Origin: a bacterium
GTDB lineage: Bacteria > Bacillota > Clostridia > Oscillospirales > CAG-382
NCBI GenBank assembly: GCA_963661975.1
Contig: CAVLDN010000001.1
Coordinates: 70,150-134,149 of the forward strand
Reading direction: 5' to 3'
DNA length: 64,000 nt
Positions 35,626 through 45,466 of this stretch are shown one piece after another. Position 1 is the first letter of the stretch, and every line of letters starts with the position of its first letter. The position numbers and the translations under genes are program-made. The notes under the pieces were generated by a model. The model made no database searches. It saw only the letters and a list, made by a program, of their open reading frames with translations, and had not been told where the DNA came from.

Positions 35626-35786
35626 TGAGTCGGCTCGGCATACAGGCACTTGCCCTCGCGCAGGCGGGAGCATTATCCGACACGGGCGTGATGATCGCCT
35701 GCATCGTGATGTTTATCGGCATATCCTTCTTCGGCGTGCTTTTTATCAAAGCGGTGCAGAAGGATAAGAAAAACAGACGAAAATAG
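35625..35786 (+). CDS. 53-aa hypothetical membrane peptide, translationally coupled to the epimerase gene
   Basis: The ATG overlaps the epimerase TGA (cTGATGa). MSRLGIQALALAQAGALSDTGVMIACIVMFIGISFFGVLFIKAVQKDKKNRRK has one TM segment and a basic tail. A terminator follows. Confidence 0.45.
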   Translation: MSRLGIQALALAQAGALSDTGVMIACIVMFIGISFFGVLFIKAVQKDKKNRRK

Positions 35787-35821
35787 CCAAAAAGCGCTTG
35801 CAGCGCAAGGCATTTAAGGCA

Positions 35822-35850
35822 AGCCCCGGTTTCCCGCCGGGGCTTTTTTA
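35822..35850 (+). terminator. intrinsic terminator
   Basis: AGCCCCGG/CCGGGGCT stem followed by TTTTTT. Confidence 0.85.
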
Positions 35851-35913
35851 AAAATTTTTTCCTTTTTGATGTAACCAAATCGCGTGCGGAAAGGTATTAT
35901 TCGGTGAAAGGCG

Positions 35914-36414
35914 GTGAAACCGTTGACAAAAGACACGCTGCGCAGCGTCGACTCGGAATCGGTTCTCGCAAGGAACGCCGGGACGGTTTACAGACTTGCT
36001 TATTTACGCACCGGCAATATCCACGATGCGGAGGATATCATGCAGGATGTGTTCCTTCGTTATGTCCGCAGTTCACCGATATTCGAGAACGCAGAGCACG
36101 AAAAGGCTTGGTTTATCCGTGTCACGGTGAACCGCACGAAAAGCTTTTTCGTCTCCGCATGGAAACGGCGTGTGGTGTTTTCGGAGGAATCGGTTTTCAC
36201 CTCCGAAGAGCCGGCGGAAAGCGGCATAACGGAAGCCGTCGCCGCGCTGCCGAAGAATATTTCGACCGCGATACATCTTTATTATTATGAAGATCTGCCC
36301 GTAAAGGACATTTCGGAAGCTATGGGCAAGAGCGAATCGGCGGTAAAAGCGCTGCTCTCCCGCGGAAGAAAGCTTCTGAAGATCGAGCTTGAGGGCAAAA
36401 CGGAGAAAGGATAA
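35914..36414 (+). CDS. ECF-type RNA polymerase sigma-70 family factor
   Basis: 166 aa. Region 2 is DAEDIMQDVFLRY...WFIRVTVNRTKSF, and region 4 is LYYYEDLPVKDISEAMGKSESAVKALLSRGRKLL. GTG start; exact start uncertain. Confidence 0.9.
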   Translation: MKPLTKDTLRSVDSESVLARNAGTVYRLAYLRTGNIHDAEDIMQDVFLRYVRSSPIFENAEHEKAWFIRVTVNRTKSFFVSAWKRRVVFSEESVFTSEEPAESGITEAVAALPKNISTAIHLYYYEDLPVKDISEAMGKSESAVKALLSRGRKLLKIELEGKTEKG

Positions 36415-36419
36415 TATTT

Positions 36420-38279
36420 ATGTTTGAAGAAGAATACAAAAAAGCCATGGATGCGGTGCATCCTTCCGAAAAGGCACTTGCCGAAACGGCGGAAGCGATG
36501 AGGGCAGAGCTTGAAAATGCCCCGCCGCAGAGCTTTTTCCGCGGCAGAAAACGGCTGATACGGGCGATCATCGCCGCGTGTGTTTCCGCCCTCCTGATTT
36601 GCGGCGCGATTTTCACGGCGGCGTTTCTGTCGGATAACGCGGCAAACGACTATACACCGCACACCGGTACTCTGCGCCCGGCGGAAAGCGCGAAGGATAT
36701 AAAAAACCTGTTCTTCAACCCGATCGGAGACGTTTTGTACGGCAGTTATCACACCGGTGGTTTTTTATTGACGTATAAAGCGGAGGAGGTTGCTTTTGAA
36801 GATGAACAGCCCACCGCGGAAACCGATTCGGGTCAAACACCCGAATATTCCGAAACCAATTCGCAATATACCGCGGTGCGCGAAGCGGATGTCGTAAAGA
36901 CCGACGGGAAATATATATACTCGCTGAACAGAAGTTCCCGGCAAATATATATCACCGCCGTGAAGGGTGATAAGCTCGAACCGGTTTCCGGTGTAAGCAC
37001 CGGCGAAGGAATGCCGCATGAGATACTTGTCCGCGGCGATCGGCTTGCCGTAATATCAGTTGCGAATGCAAGCAAAACGATAATACGCATTTATGATATT
37101 TCCGACCGTGCAGACCCGAAAAGCATTGCCGAGAAAACACAAAGCGGCGAATATAACACCGTGCGCGAGATCGGCGGGACAATATACTGCACAAGTACAT
37201 GCGGTATCGCATTCGGCAAAGAGGGCAAAGACGCCGATATAAAACTGCCGCAGATAAACGGCTCCGATATCGATTGCGGCAACATTCTTATACCGGAGGA
37301 AGCGCAGTGCGCATGCTTTTCGATAATCACCGCCCTTGACTTTGAGAACGGCAGTGAAAGCGACCGTCTTGCCTTTGCGGGAGTTGCGGCAAATATCTTC
37401 GCCGCGGAAGGCAATATTTACCTTTACGGACACAAATCCGCGAATAATGAAACACATACAGCGGTATACCGTATCGAGCTCAAAAACGGCAAAATCGAGC
37501 AGAACGGCGAAGCAGAGATTCCCGGGACGGTAAAGGATCAGTTTTCGTTAGACGAATCCGAAGGCAGGCTCCGCATCGCGACAACGCGCTCCGGCACGGA
37601 CACAGCCTCACGGCGCAGCAATGTCTATACACTTGACGAAAACATGGAAGTCATCGGCACAAGCGATGATCTCGGCATAGGCGAATTTATCCAATCGGTG
37701 AGATATATCGGCGATATCGCATATGTTGTCACATTCCGCCGCACAGACCCGCTTTATGCAGTGGATCTTTCCGACCCGACAAGCCTCAAAACACTCTCTG
37801 AACTGAAAATAACCGGATATTCGAGCTTCATGCAATCCTACGGCGAAGGGCTGCTGTTGGGTGTCGGCTATGAGGCAACGGATTCCGGCAGAGTTAACGG
37901 AGCGAAGCTGACGATGTTTGATGTTTCGGATCCGACAGGCATTTCCGCCGTGAGCAGCATTGTATATGAATGGGATGAAGAATACACGACAAGCGAAGCG
38001 ATGGTAAACCACAAAGCACTGCTTTGCAATGCGGAAAAAGGCTTGATCGCGATGCCGTTCGAGCACGAATGCGGCGAATCCTATGCGGCGTTCTTCTCAT
38101 TTAACGGCAATACGCTTTCCGAAAAAGGCAGAGTCGTGCTTCCGGAGAGCAGCAGCGGCATCAGTTCCTATATGCGAGTGCTTTATATCGGCGATTACGG
38201 CTTTTTCTGCACCGACAGCGTGATAATTTCCTTCGGGCTCGAAACGCTTGAAGTGAGTGGAAATATTTATCTGAACTGA
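36420..38279 (+). CDS. single-pass membrane protein with an extracytoplasmic beta-propeller domain (PF09826-like); putative anti-sigma factor
   Basis: Lies 5 nt after the sigma gene. It has a short cytoplasmic N-terminus, a TM segment ([22 protein letters not shown]), then [26 protein letters not shown] and blade-like repeats. Confidence 0.75.
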   Translation: MFEEEYKKAMDAVHPSEKALAETAEAMRAELENAPPQSFFRGRKRLIRAIIAACVSALLICGAIFTAAFLSDNAANDYTPHTGTLRPAESAKDIKNLFFNPIGDVLYGSYHTGGFLLTYKAEEVAFEDEQPTAETDSGQTPEYSETNSQYTAVREADVVKTDGKYIYSLNRSSRQIYITAVKGDKLEPVSGVSTGEGMPHEILVRGDRLAVISVANASKTIIRIYDISDRADPKSIAEKTQSGEYNTVREIGGTIYCTSTCGIAFGKEGKDADIKLPQINGSDIDCGNILIPEEAQCACFSIITALDFENGSESDRLAFAGVAANIFAAEGNIYLYGHKSANNETHTAVYRIELKNGKIEQNGEAEIPGTVKDQFSLDESEGRLRIATTRSGTDTASRRSNVYTLDENMEVIGTSDDLGIGEFIQSVRYIGDIAYVVTFRRTDPLYAVDLSDPTSLKTLSELKITGYSSFMQSYGEGLLLGVGYEATDSGRVNGAKLTMFDVSDPTGISAVSSIVYEWDEEYTTSEAMVNHKALLCNAEKGLIAMPFEHECGESYAAFFSFNGNTLSEKGRVVLPESSSGISSYMRVLYIGDYGFFCTDSVIISFGLETLEVSGNIYLN

Positions 38280-38313
38280 CCGGGCGGCAAAAGCCCCGCA
38301 TCGGTATCGGCAA

Positions 38314-38353
38314 AAGAGGCGTCGGCATTAGTATTAGTGCGCGCCTCTTTTTG
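38314..38353 (+). terminator. intrinsic terminator
   Basis: AAGAGGCG/CGCCTCTT stem followed by TTTT. Confidence 0.7.
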
Positions 38354-38386
38354 TGCATTTACGGAGAATTTTCGTGCAAAAAGGTC

Positions 38387-38415
38387 TTGCATTTGCGCCG
38401 CGGACATGATATAAT
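38387..38415 (+). promoter_or_regulatory. sigma-A type promoter of rpsB-tsf
   Basis: TTGCAT, 17-nt spacer, TGaTATAAT. A ~125-nt leader follows. Confidence 0.6.
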
Positions 38416-38542
38416 ACAAAGGCTTTTGGAAAAAGCACAAATTCACACACCGTGTATGCCCTTCCCCGGGTGCGCAGAAAAGCGTTTTGGGGCGGGTAAA
38501 TTCACAAACACGGTGGCGGGTTATAACCCGAAGGAGTTTATC

Positions 38543-39286
38543 ATGTCCGTAGTTTCCATGAAACAGCTTCTTGAAGCAGGTGTCCATTTCGGTCACCAGA
38601 CAAGAAGATGGAACCCGAAGATGGCAGAGTACATCTTCACCGAAAGAAACGGTATCTACATCATCGACCTGCAGAAGACCGTTAAAAAGATCGACGAAGC
38701 CTATATGTTCGTGCGTGACATAGCCGCAGAAGGCGGCAACGTCCTCTTTGTCGGCACAAAGAAGCAGGCTCAGGATGCGATCAAGGAAGAAGCTCTCCGC
38801 GCCGAAATGTACTATGTAAACGTTCGTTGGCTCGGCGGTATGCTTACCAACTTCAAGACGATCAAAAAGTCCATTCAGAAGCTGAACAACCTCAACAAAA
38901 TGGCTGAAGACGGCACATTCGACCTTCTCCCCAAGAAGGAAGTCGCCGCCATGCAGAAGGAAATGGCAGACCTTGAAAAGAATCTCGGCGGTATCAAGAA
39001 CATGAAGGGGCTTCCCTCCTGCATCTTCATCGTCGACCCGAAGAAGGAAAAGAACGCCGTTGACGAAGCACGCAAGCTCGGTATTCCGATAGTCGCTATC
39101 GTTGATACCAACTGCGATCCCGATGAAGTCGATTATGTTATCCCCGGCAACGATGACGCCATCCGCGCCATCAAGCTTATCGCAGGCACTCTCGCCGATG
39201 CAGTCATCGAAGGCAGACAGGGCGAACAGCTCACCGATTCCTCCGAAGAGACCGCAAACGCCGAAAGCACCGAAGCAGCCGAATAA
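38543..39286 (+). CDS. rpsB: 30S ribosomal protein S2
   Basis: Start moved to the ATG at 38543 (AAGGAG SD). [27 protein letters not shown]. Confidence 0.96.
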   Translation: MSVVSMKQLLEAGVHFGHQTRRWNPKMAEYIFTERNGIYIIDLQKTVKKIDEAYMFVRDIAAEGGNVLFVGTKKQAQDAIKEEALRAEMYYVNVRWLGGMLTNFKTIKKSIQKLNNLNKMAEDGTFDLLPKKEVAAMQKEMADLEKNLGGIKNMKGLPSCIFIVDPKKEKNAVDEARKLGIPIVAIVDTNCDPDEVDYVIPGNDDAIRAIKLIAGTLADAVIEGRQGEQLTDSSEETANAESTEAAE

Positions 39287-39326
39287 TCATATCAACAACA
39301 AACAATAAATATCAGGAGGATTCAAA

Positions 39327-40253
39327 ATGGCTAATATTTCCGCAAAAGACGTAATGGAGCTCCGCAAGAAGACAGGCTGCGGCATGATGGAATGCAAGAA
39401 GGCGCTTGTCGAAACCGAAGGCAATTTTGACGAAGCTATCAAATATCTCCGCGAAAAGGGTCTTTCCGTTGCAGCCAAAAAGGCTGACAGAATCGCTGCC
39501 GAAGGCATTGTCGACATTCTTACCGACGGCACTCACGCAGCTATAATCGAAGTCAACGCCGAAACCGACTTTGTTGCCAAGAACGCTTCCTTCAAGGAAT
39601 TCGTCAAGGGCATTCTCCGCACCGTTCTCGCCGGCAACCCCGCCGATATCGATGCACTTAAAGCACTCAACTTCGACGGCACCGATGTTACCGTCGAATC
39701 CGAACTCAAAAACATGATCTTCACCATCGGTGAAAACATGAGCATCCGCCGTTTCGAAATCGTTGACGGCACTGTCGGCACCTACATTCACGGCGGCGGC
39801 AGCGCGGGCGTTATCACGAAGTTCGACACCGATGTCGACACTTCCTCCGAAGCATTCAGGGAATATGCAAAGAATGTCTGCATGCAGATCGCCGCTATGG
39901 GCCCCTCTTATGTAGACAGAACCGTTGTCCCCGCTTCCGTTATCGAAAACGAAAAGGAAATACTCCTCACCCAGATTCAGAACGACGAAAACCTTTCCAA
40001 GAAGCCCGATGCCGTCAAGGAAAAGATGGTCACCGGCAGGATCGAAAAGTTCTACGACAACAACTGCCTTGTTGATCAGGCTTATGTCAAGGATGAAGAT
40101 CTTACCGTCGGCAAGTACACCGACAAGGTTGCAAAAGAGCTTGGCGGAAGCATCAAGATCGTTTCCTTTGTCAAGTATGAAAGAGGCGAAGGCATCGAAA
40201 AGCGCGAAGACGATTTCGCGGGCGAGATCGAAAAACTCGTCAAGGGCAAATAA
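39327..40253 (+). CDS. tsf: elongation factor Ts
   Basis: 308 aa, ELRKKTGCGMMECKKALVE, ...EVNAETDFVAKN. Confidence 0.97.
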   Translation: MANISAKDVMELRKKTGCGMMECKKALVETEGNFDEAIKYLREKGLSVAAKKADRIAAEGIVDILTDGTHAAIIEVNAETDFVAKNASFKEFVKGILRTVLAGNPADIDALKALNFDGTDVTVESELKNMIFTIGENMSIRRFEIVDGTVGTYIHGGGSAGVITKFDTDVDTSSEAFREYAKNVCMQIAAMGPSYVDRTVVPASVIENEKEILLTQIQNDENLSKKPDAVKEKMVTGRIEKFYDNNCLVDQAYVKDEDLTVGKYTDKVAKELGGSIKIVSFVKYERGEGIEKREDDFAGEIEKLVKGK

Positions 40254-40267
40254 GCACTGCTTCACCA

Positions 40268-40303
40268 AAGCGGAGCCGCAAAAAGCGGTTCCGCTTTTTT
40301 TCT
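40268..40303 (+). terminator. intrinsic terminator after tsf
   Basis: AAGCGGAGCCGC/GCGGTTCCGCTT stem followed by TTTTTT. Confidence 0.85.
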
Positions 40304-40368
40304 TAACCTTCAATTAACCTTCGCATGGAAAATAAGGCATAATACGACAGATGCAAAGGAAGTAAGAG

Positions 40369-41265
40369 ATGGAAGCATACAGAGTACTTTTTAATCCGCT
40401 TTCCGGAAGCGGCAAGGGCAAGGAAAACGCCGAAAAGCTGAAGAATATCCTTTCCGGCGCGAAGCTTACTTATGTAGACATGACAAAAATCAGTGATTAC
40501 GAGGCACTTTTCGATTCACTCGATCAGGGGGAAAAGCTCATTGTCTGCGGCGGGGACGGCACACTGAACCGTTTTGTAAACGACACATATTATTCCGAGA
40601 ACCGCCCGTCGGTATATTATTACGCAACTGGAAGCGGCAACGACTTTCTTCACGATATTGCACGCGGAGCGACCGAGCCGATTTGCATAGACGAATACAT
40701 AACCGATCTCCCCACCGTAACCGTCAACGGCAAGACCTGCCGCTTTATAAACGGTATCGGCTACGGTATCGACGGCTACTGCTGTGAAGTTGGCGATGCA
40801 ATGCGTGAAAAGAGCGACAAACCCGTCAATTACACCGCCATTGCGATAAAAGGTCTTCTTTTCCATTACCGTCCCACAAACGCGGTCATCACGGTGGACG
40901 GAGCGGAGTACCGCTACAACAAGGTCTGGCTTGCCCCCACGATGAACGGCAGATTTTACGGCGGCGGAATGATGCCGACACCGGATCAGAAGCGTTTTTC
41001 GGATGATAAGAAGGTATCCGTCATGCTGTTCTTCGGTTCCGGCAAGCTGAAAACGCTTTCTGTCTTCCCTTCCATTTTCAAGGGCGAGCATATCAAGCAT
41101 TCCGAAATGTGCACGGTGCTTACCGGCAAGGAGATCAGAGTCGAATTTGACCGTCCGACCGCCTTGCAGATCGACGGCGAGACCGTACTCGGCGTGACGG
41201 GCTATACGGTTAATGCCTGCGATACACCCGCCGCGGCACCCGCAGAGGAATCCGAAGCGGTTTGA
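40369..41265 (+). CDS. diacylglycerol/lipid kinase family protein (YegS/DagK-like)
   Basis: 298 aa, LFNPLSGSGKG, IVCGGDGTLNRFVN. Confidence 0.85.
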   Translation: MEAYRVLFNPLSGSGKGKENAEKLKNILSGAKLTYVDMTKISDYEALFDSLDQGEKLIVCGGDGTLNRFVNDTYYSENRPSVYYYATGSGNDFLHDIARGATEPICIDEYITDLPTVTVNGKTCRFINGIGYGIDGYCCEVGDAMREKSDKPVNYTAIAIKGLLFHYRPTNAVITVDGAEYRYNKVWLAPTMNGRFYGGGMMPTPDQKRFSDDKKVSVMLFFGSGKLKTLSVFPSIFKGEHIKHSEMCTVLTGKEIRVEFDRPTALQIDGETVLGVTGYTVNACDTPAAAPAEESEAV

Positions 41266-41292
41266 GTACATAAAAATCACAACAAAGAAAAT

Positions 41293-41330
41293 ACGGCTGC
41301 GATGGCTTTTCCATCGCAGCCGTTTGTTTT
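41293..41330. terminator. bidirectional terminator between convergent genes
   Basis: ACGGCTGCGATGG/CCATCGCAGCCGT 13-bp stem, T-rich on both sides. Confidence 0.8.
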
Positions 41331-42651
41331 ATTCCGGTTTATCTTTTTCGTCGGAATCGTTTTCCCGCGCGGCATTCTTTTCCGCGGGAATCTGTTCCGA
41401 ATCGGGGTGAAGCACAAAACTTTCGGTTTCGGAATCATAGGCATCAACATTAAGATATTCCGCACTCGGTATCGGCAAGCCTTTCTCGCTCAACCTGCGC
41501 TCCACGGAAATGCGAATGCAGTAAAAGAGCACCGCAAATGCGGGGACGGAAAACAGCATTCCCATCAAACCGAAAATTCCGCCGCAGGATATGAGCGCGA
41601 AAGTAACCCAGAATTGCGAAACGCCGGTTTTTTCCTCGGCGATCTTCGGCGATATCACATTGCCTTCGATCTGCTGGGCGACAATGATGAATATACCGTA
41701 TATGATACCCTGCCGTACGTCATTGAGCATTATTATGAAGCAGGTGGGTATGCCGCCGATAAACGGCCCGAAAAACGGAATGACATTCGTAACGGCAACG
41801 ACCGCGCTCGAAAGCAGAGCATAAGGCATTTTCATGATAAGCATGAAAATGTATGTGGCTATACCGAGCATGGCGGATGTGAGTATTTTGCCGGAAACGA
41901 TACGCCCGAAAATATGGTTGCCGTAGCGTGCGGCGCTGAGTATGTAATTTGCTTTTTCGGGGTTATATATTGCAAAAAGAATCTTTTTGCTTTGTGCGAT
42001 AAACTGTTTCTTTTCCAGCAGGGCGTATATGCAGACGAGTATTGCGATAAGGAAATCGAAAATGAACTTGACCACCGAATAAACGCTGCTTATTACGCTG
42101 CCCAAGGCATTTGCCGCTTTGTTTTTGAGCCAATCGGATATACTTGCCAGCGCCTGCGCAACGATATCCGAAAGGTTGCGCATGAATATATTGTCCGAAT
42201 CCTTTTGTGCATTGAGCCATTCGGAAGCGTTGTCTATTATCGAAGGTGTGAGTTTTATGAGCTTTTCGAGGCTGTCAAGCAGTTCCGGTATGATCAAAAA
42301 CAGCAAAAGCGCGATAACGGCAAGCATGAAGGTGACAGAAAGCGCAACACCGATCCCGTGCGAAAGCCTAAACCGCCATTTATCGCTTATACGCTTGTTT
42401 TTTGTAAAGAGCTTGAGCAATAGCCGTTCCACCCAAACATACACCGGATTGATGATATACGCAAGAATCACACCGATAAGGATCGGAGAAAGTATCCCGA
42501 ATATCCACCCGACTGCGGATTTTATCGCATCGATGCGCGAAAGCAGAATTATCGCGGTTATGCACAGTGCGAATATGAAAACCGTTCGGCGAATTGCCGT
42601 GCCGGAGGTATTTTCCTCGGAAAAACGGTTATCCTCGTTGTGTTTTTTCAT
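41329..42651 (-). CDS. AI-2E family transporter (PerM/UPF0118)
   Basis: Start moved to the ATG at 42651 (GGAGG SD). Polytopic, with ...VIPFFGPFIGGIP... and an acidic C-terminal tail. Confidence 0.82.
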   Translation of the reverse strand: MKKHNEDNRFSEENTSGTAIRRTVFIFALCITAIILLSRIDAIKSAVGWIFGILSPILIGVILAYIINPVYVWVERLLLKLFTKNKRISDKWRFRLSHGIGVALSVTFMLAVIALLLFLIIPELLDSLEKLIKLTPSIIDNASEWLNAQKDSDNIFMRNLSDIVAQALASISDWLKNKAANALGSVISSVYSVVKFIFDFLIAILVCIYALLEKKQFIAQSKKILFAIYNPEKANYILSAARYGNHIFGRIVSGKILTSAMLGIATYIFMLIMKMPYALLSSAVVAVTNVIPFFGPFIGGIPTCFIIMLNDVRQGIIYGIFIIVAQQIEGNVISPKIAEEKTGVSQFWVTFALISCGGIFGLMGMLFSVPAFAVLFYCIRISVERRLSEKGLPIPSAEYLNVDAYDSETESFVLHPDSEQIPAEKNAARENDSDEKDKPE

Positions 42652-42714
42652 TTTCTCGCCTCCTTCGCCGAAATACGGTATTATTTTACCACAACGTCCG
42701 TATTTTGTAAATAG

Positions 42715-42755
42715 AAAAAAGCCGCGGACCGCAAACATATCTTTGCAGTCCGCGG
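42715..42755 (-). terminator. intrinsic terminator after udk
   Basis: On the minus strand: CCGCGGAC...GTCCGCGG stem followed by TTTTTT. Confidence 0.8.
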
Positions 42756-42770
42756 TAGGTTATCGGTCGG

Positions 42771-43391
42771 TTATCGGTTGTTTATCTGGCGGCGTATCCG
42801 CTCGACTATCATTTCCGTTGCGACACGGTTATGGCCGCCCTCCGGCACGATGATATCGGCGCGGCGCTTGGACGGCTCGACATAGCGTTCGTGCATCGGC
42901 TTGACTGTCGTGAGGTACTGCGTTACAACAGAATCAAGGCTTCTGCCGCGTTCCTTAACATCGCGCAGAGCACGGCGGAGGATACGCACATCCGGATCGG
43001 TATCGACAAAAACGCGGATATCGAAAAGCTCGGAAAGCCGCTCATCGGCAAAGATAAGTATGCCTTCGACGATTATAACGCACTTCGGTTCGATATGAAG
43101 CGTTTTGTCCGAGCGGTTGTGCACGGTGAAATCATAGACCGGACATTCGACCGCGGCACCGGATTTGAGCTTTTTCAGATCGGCTATAAGAAGCTCGGTG
43201 TCAAAGGCGGCGGGCTCATCATAATTAAGCCCGCAGCGCTTTTCAAAAGGAAGTTCGTCATGGCGCTTGTAATAATTATCGTGCCGTATAACGGTGACAT
43301 CGTTGCCGAAATTTTCGACAATACGGCGTGCGAGCGTTGTTTTGCCGCTGCCGCTGCCGCCGGCTATTCCGATAAGCAGGACATTTTCCAT
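42771..43391 (-). CDS. udk: uridine kinase
   Basis: 206 aa, IGIAGGSGSGKTTLA. Confidence 0.93.
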   Translation of the reverse strand: MENVLLIGIAGGSGSGKTTLARRIVENFGNDVTVIRHDNYYKRHDELPFEKRCGLNYDEPAAFDTELLIADLKKLKSGAAVECPVYDFTVHNRSDKTLHIEPKCVIIVEGILIFADERLSELFDIRVFVDTDPDVRILRRALRDVKERGRSLDSVVTQYLTTVKPMHERYVEPSKRRADIIVPEGGHNRVATEMIVERIRRQINNR

Positions 43392-43406
43392 CGTGGCACC
43401 GCCTTC

Positions 43407-44348
43407 TCAGCGCATGCTCTTGTCGTAAGGAATACCCTCCGACTTCGGTGCGCGGGAACGCTTGGAGGTAAACGCAAGAACGACGATGGAAATAATATAC
43501 GGAAGCATATTATACACGCCGCCGGGAAGGTGGAGCGATTCGAGCAGGCTGAAACCGGAATATACATTCGAAAGCGCGCGGAGCATACCGTAAAGCAATG
43601 TTGCGGCGCCGATATAAAGCGGCTTCCACTGGCCGAATATCATAACCGCAAGCGCAAGGAATCCGAACCCGGAAACTCCGTTTTCAAATTTCCAGCGGCT
43701 GACGCTGCAGGTGATATAGGCGATACCGCCCAGCCCGCCGAGCGCACCGGAGATGAGAACGCCCGCCCAGCGCATTTTGTAAACGCTTATGCCGACGGAT
43801 GCCGCCGCCTGCGGAAATTCGCCGCAAGCCATGAGCCGAAGCCCGAAGCGGGTTTTATAAAGCACAAGCCATGCGGCAACAAGTATCACCACGGAAAGAA
43901 CGACGAACCAGTTGAATTCGAAGCTGCCGATATTGATAAGCATTTTGCTTCTTGCGGGACCGTAGAATATTTCGGAGGAAACATCGCCGGAATTTGCGGC
44001 GGTATTGATCGCCTTTACAAGAACTGTTGCGAAAGCGGTCGCAAGCATATTCATCGCGGTGCCGATGATTGTCTGGTCGGCACGGAGATGTATTGCAGGG
44101 ACGGCAAGCAGCACCGAGAAAAGCATACCCGCGAGCAGGCTGGCGCCGGCAACGGCGATAAATGTGACAAGGGAGGAGGTGTCTTCCGGCAGATAACGCA
44201 TGGTAAGCGCACCGCCGAGCGCACCGATGACCATTATGCCCTCCAATCCGAGGTTGATGACACCGGAATGTTCGGAAAAGCATCCGCCGAGCGCAACAAG
44301 CAAAAGCACCGACGAGAAGAGGAGCGTGTACTGTATGAGCAGGGACAT
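43407..44348 (-). CDS. ABC transporter permease (BMP/nucleoside uptake family)
   Basis: 313 aa, polytopic, following a paralogous permease and a duplicated ATPase. Confidence 0.85.
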   Translation of the reverse strand: MSLLIQYTLLFSSVLLLVALGGCFSEHSGVINLGLEGIMVIGALGGALTMRYLPEDTSSLVTFIAVAGASLLAGMLFSVLLAVPAIHLRADQTIIGTAMNMLATAFATVLVKAINTAANSGDVSSEIFYGPARSKMLINIGSFEFNWFVVLSVVILVAAWLVLYKTRFGLRLMACGEFPQAAASVGISVYKMRWAGVLISGALGGLGGIAYITCSVSRWKFENGVSGFGFLALAVMIFGQWKPLYIGAATLLYGMLRALSNVYSGFSLLESLHLPGGVYNMLPYIISIVVLAFTSKRSRAPKSEGIPYDKSMR

Positions 44349-45466
44349 TATTCATTTCCTCCTTTCTTATTTTTGCCGAAGCGTTCACCTATGCGGAGCG
44401 TGCCCTTATCCATGAGGTATTTCATGAACATGACAAAGCCGCAAAGGTAAATGATTATTGCGGAAATAAGCTCGGATATCTGCGAACAATATACATTCAG
44501 ATCGACATGAGAGCCGCCGATGGTTATATGCTGAATGAAGAACGAGGAGAATATGGCTCCGATCGGATTGAGCCCGCCGAGGAAGGCTGCGGAGATACCG
44601 TTGAAGCCCATTGCGGGAACGGTGCCGATGGTACATTCCCATTGCTCGTAGCCGGTCTGATAAAAGAGCGAAGCACCCAGGCCGGCAAGCGCGCCGCCTA
44701 TGGCAAGCGTCAGGACGATATTGCGCTTTTCCGCCATGCCGCAATACTTCGCGGCGTTTTTGTTGAAGCCGGTCGCTTTGAGTTCGTAGCCGAATTTGGT
44801 TTTTGTGAGCACAATCCAGACGGCAATCGCGATAACGATCGCAAGCGGGATCGCAAGGGAAACATATTTGTTGTTATTGAAATATTTGCCGAGCCCGAGT
44901 GAAGGGAGCAGTGCGGAGGTATTCCTTGCTTTGAGAGCAACCGTATACGGACTGCCGACCTCTTTGACACCTTCGAGTATCATATTTGCGGAATAAAGTA
45001 ATATCCAGTTGAGCATGATGCCCGAAATAACTTCGTTCACATTGCAATATGCCTTGAGTGCCCCGGAGATCGCGCCGACAAGCGCGCCGCACAGGATTGC
45101 AAAGAGCATACAAGGCAGCCAGCTCCAGCCCCATTTGAGTGCCGCGTAGAGGCAGGCTATCGTCCCTGCGACATACTGGCCCGCAGCGCCGATATTGAAA
45201 AGCCCCGCCTTATAGGAAAACAGTATGGAAAGCGAGCAAAGCAGGAGCGGCGCGGTCTTGACAAGCGTATCGCCGAAGTATCTCAGCCGCGTTGCCTCCT
45301 TGGAATAGTTCATGAAGTTCTTCATGACGGCGACTATCGCATCCTTTGCGCCCGCAGGCTCGATAATAAGCAATGCGACATAGCCGATAAGAAGCCCGAG
45401 AAGAATACAAATGATGGAAGCGATAAAGGATTTCAGCGCTTCTTTCAGACTGTTTTTGAAGTTCAT
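44348..45466 (-). CDS. ABC transporter permease (BMP/nucleoside uptake family)
   Basis: 372 aa, polytopic. Start and stop overlap the neighbouring genes. Confidence 0.85.
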   Translation of the reverse strand: MNFKNSLKEALKSFIASIICILLGLLIGYVALLIIEPAGAKDAIVAVMKNFMNYSKEATRLRYFGDTLVKTAPLLLCSLSILFSYKAGLFNIGAAGQYVAGTIACLYAALKWGWSWLPCMLFAILCGALVGAISGALKAYCNVNEVISGIMLNWILLYSANMILEGVKEVGSPYTVALKARNTSALLPSLGLGKYFNNNKYVSLAIPLAIVIAIAVWIVLTKTKFGYELKATGFNKNAAKYCGMAEKRNIVLTLAIGGALAGLGASLFYQTGYEQWECTIGTVPAMGFNGISAAFLGGLNPIGAIFSSFFIQHITIGGSHVDLNVYCSQISELISAIIIYLCGFVMFMKYLMDKGTLRIGERFGKNKKGGNE

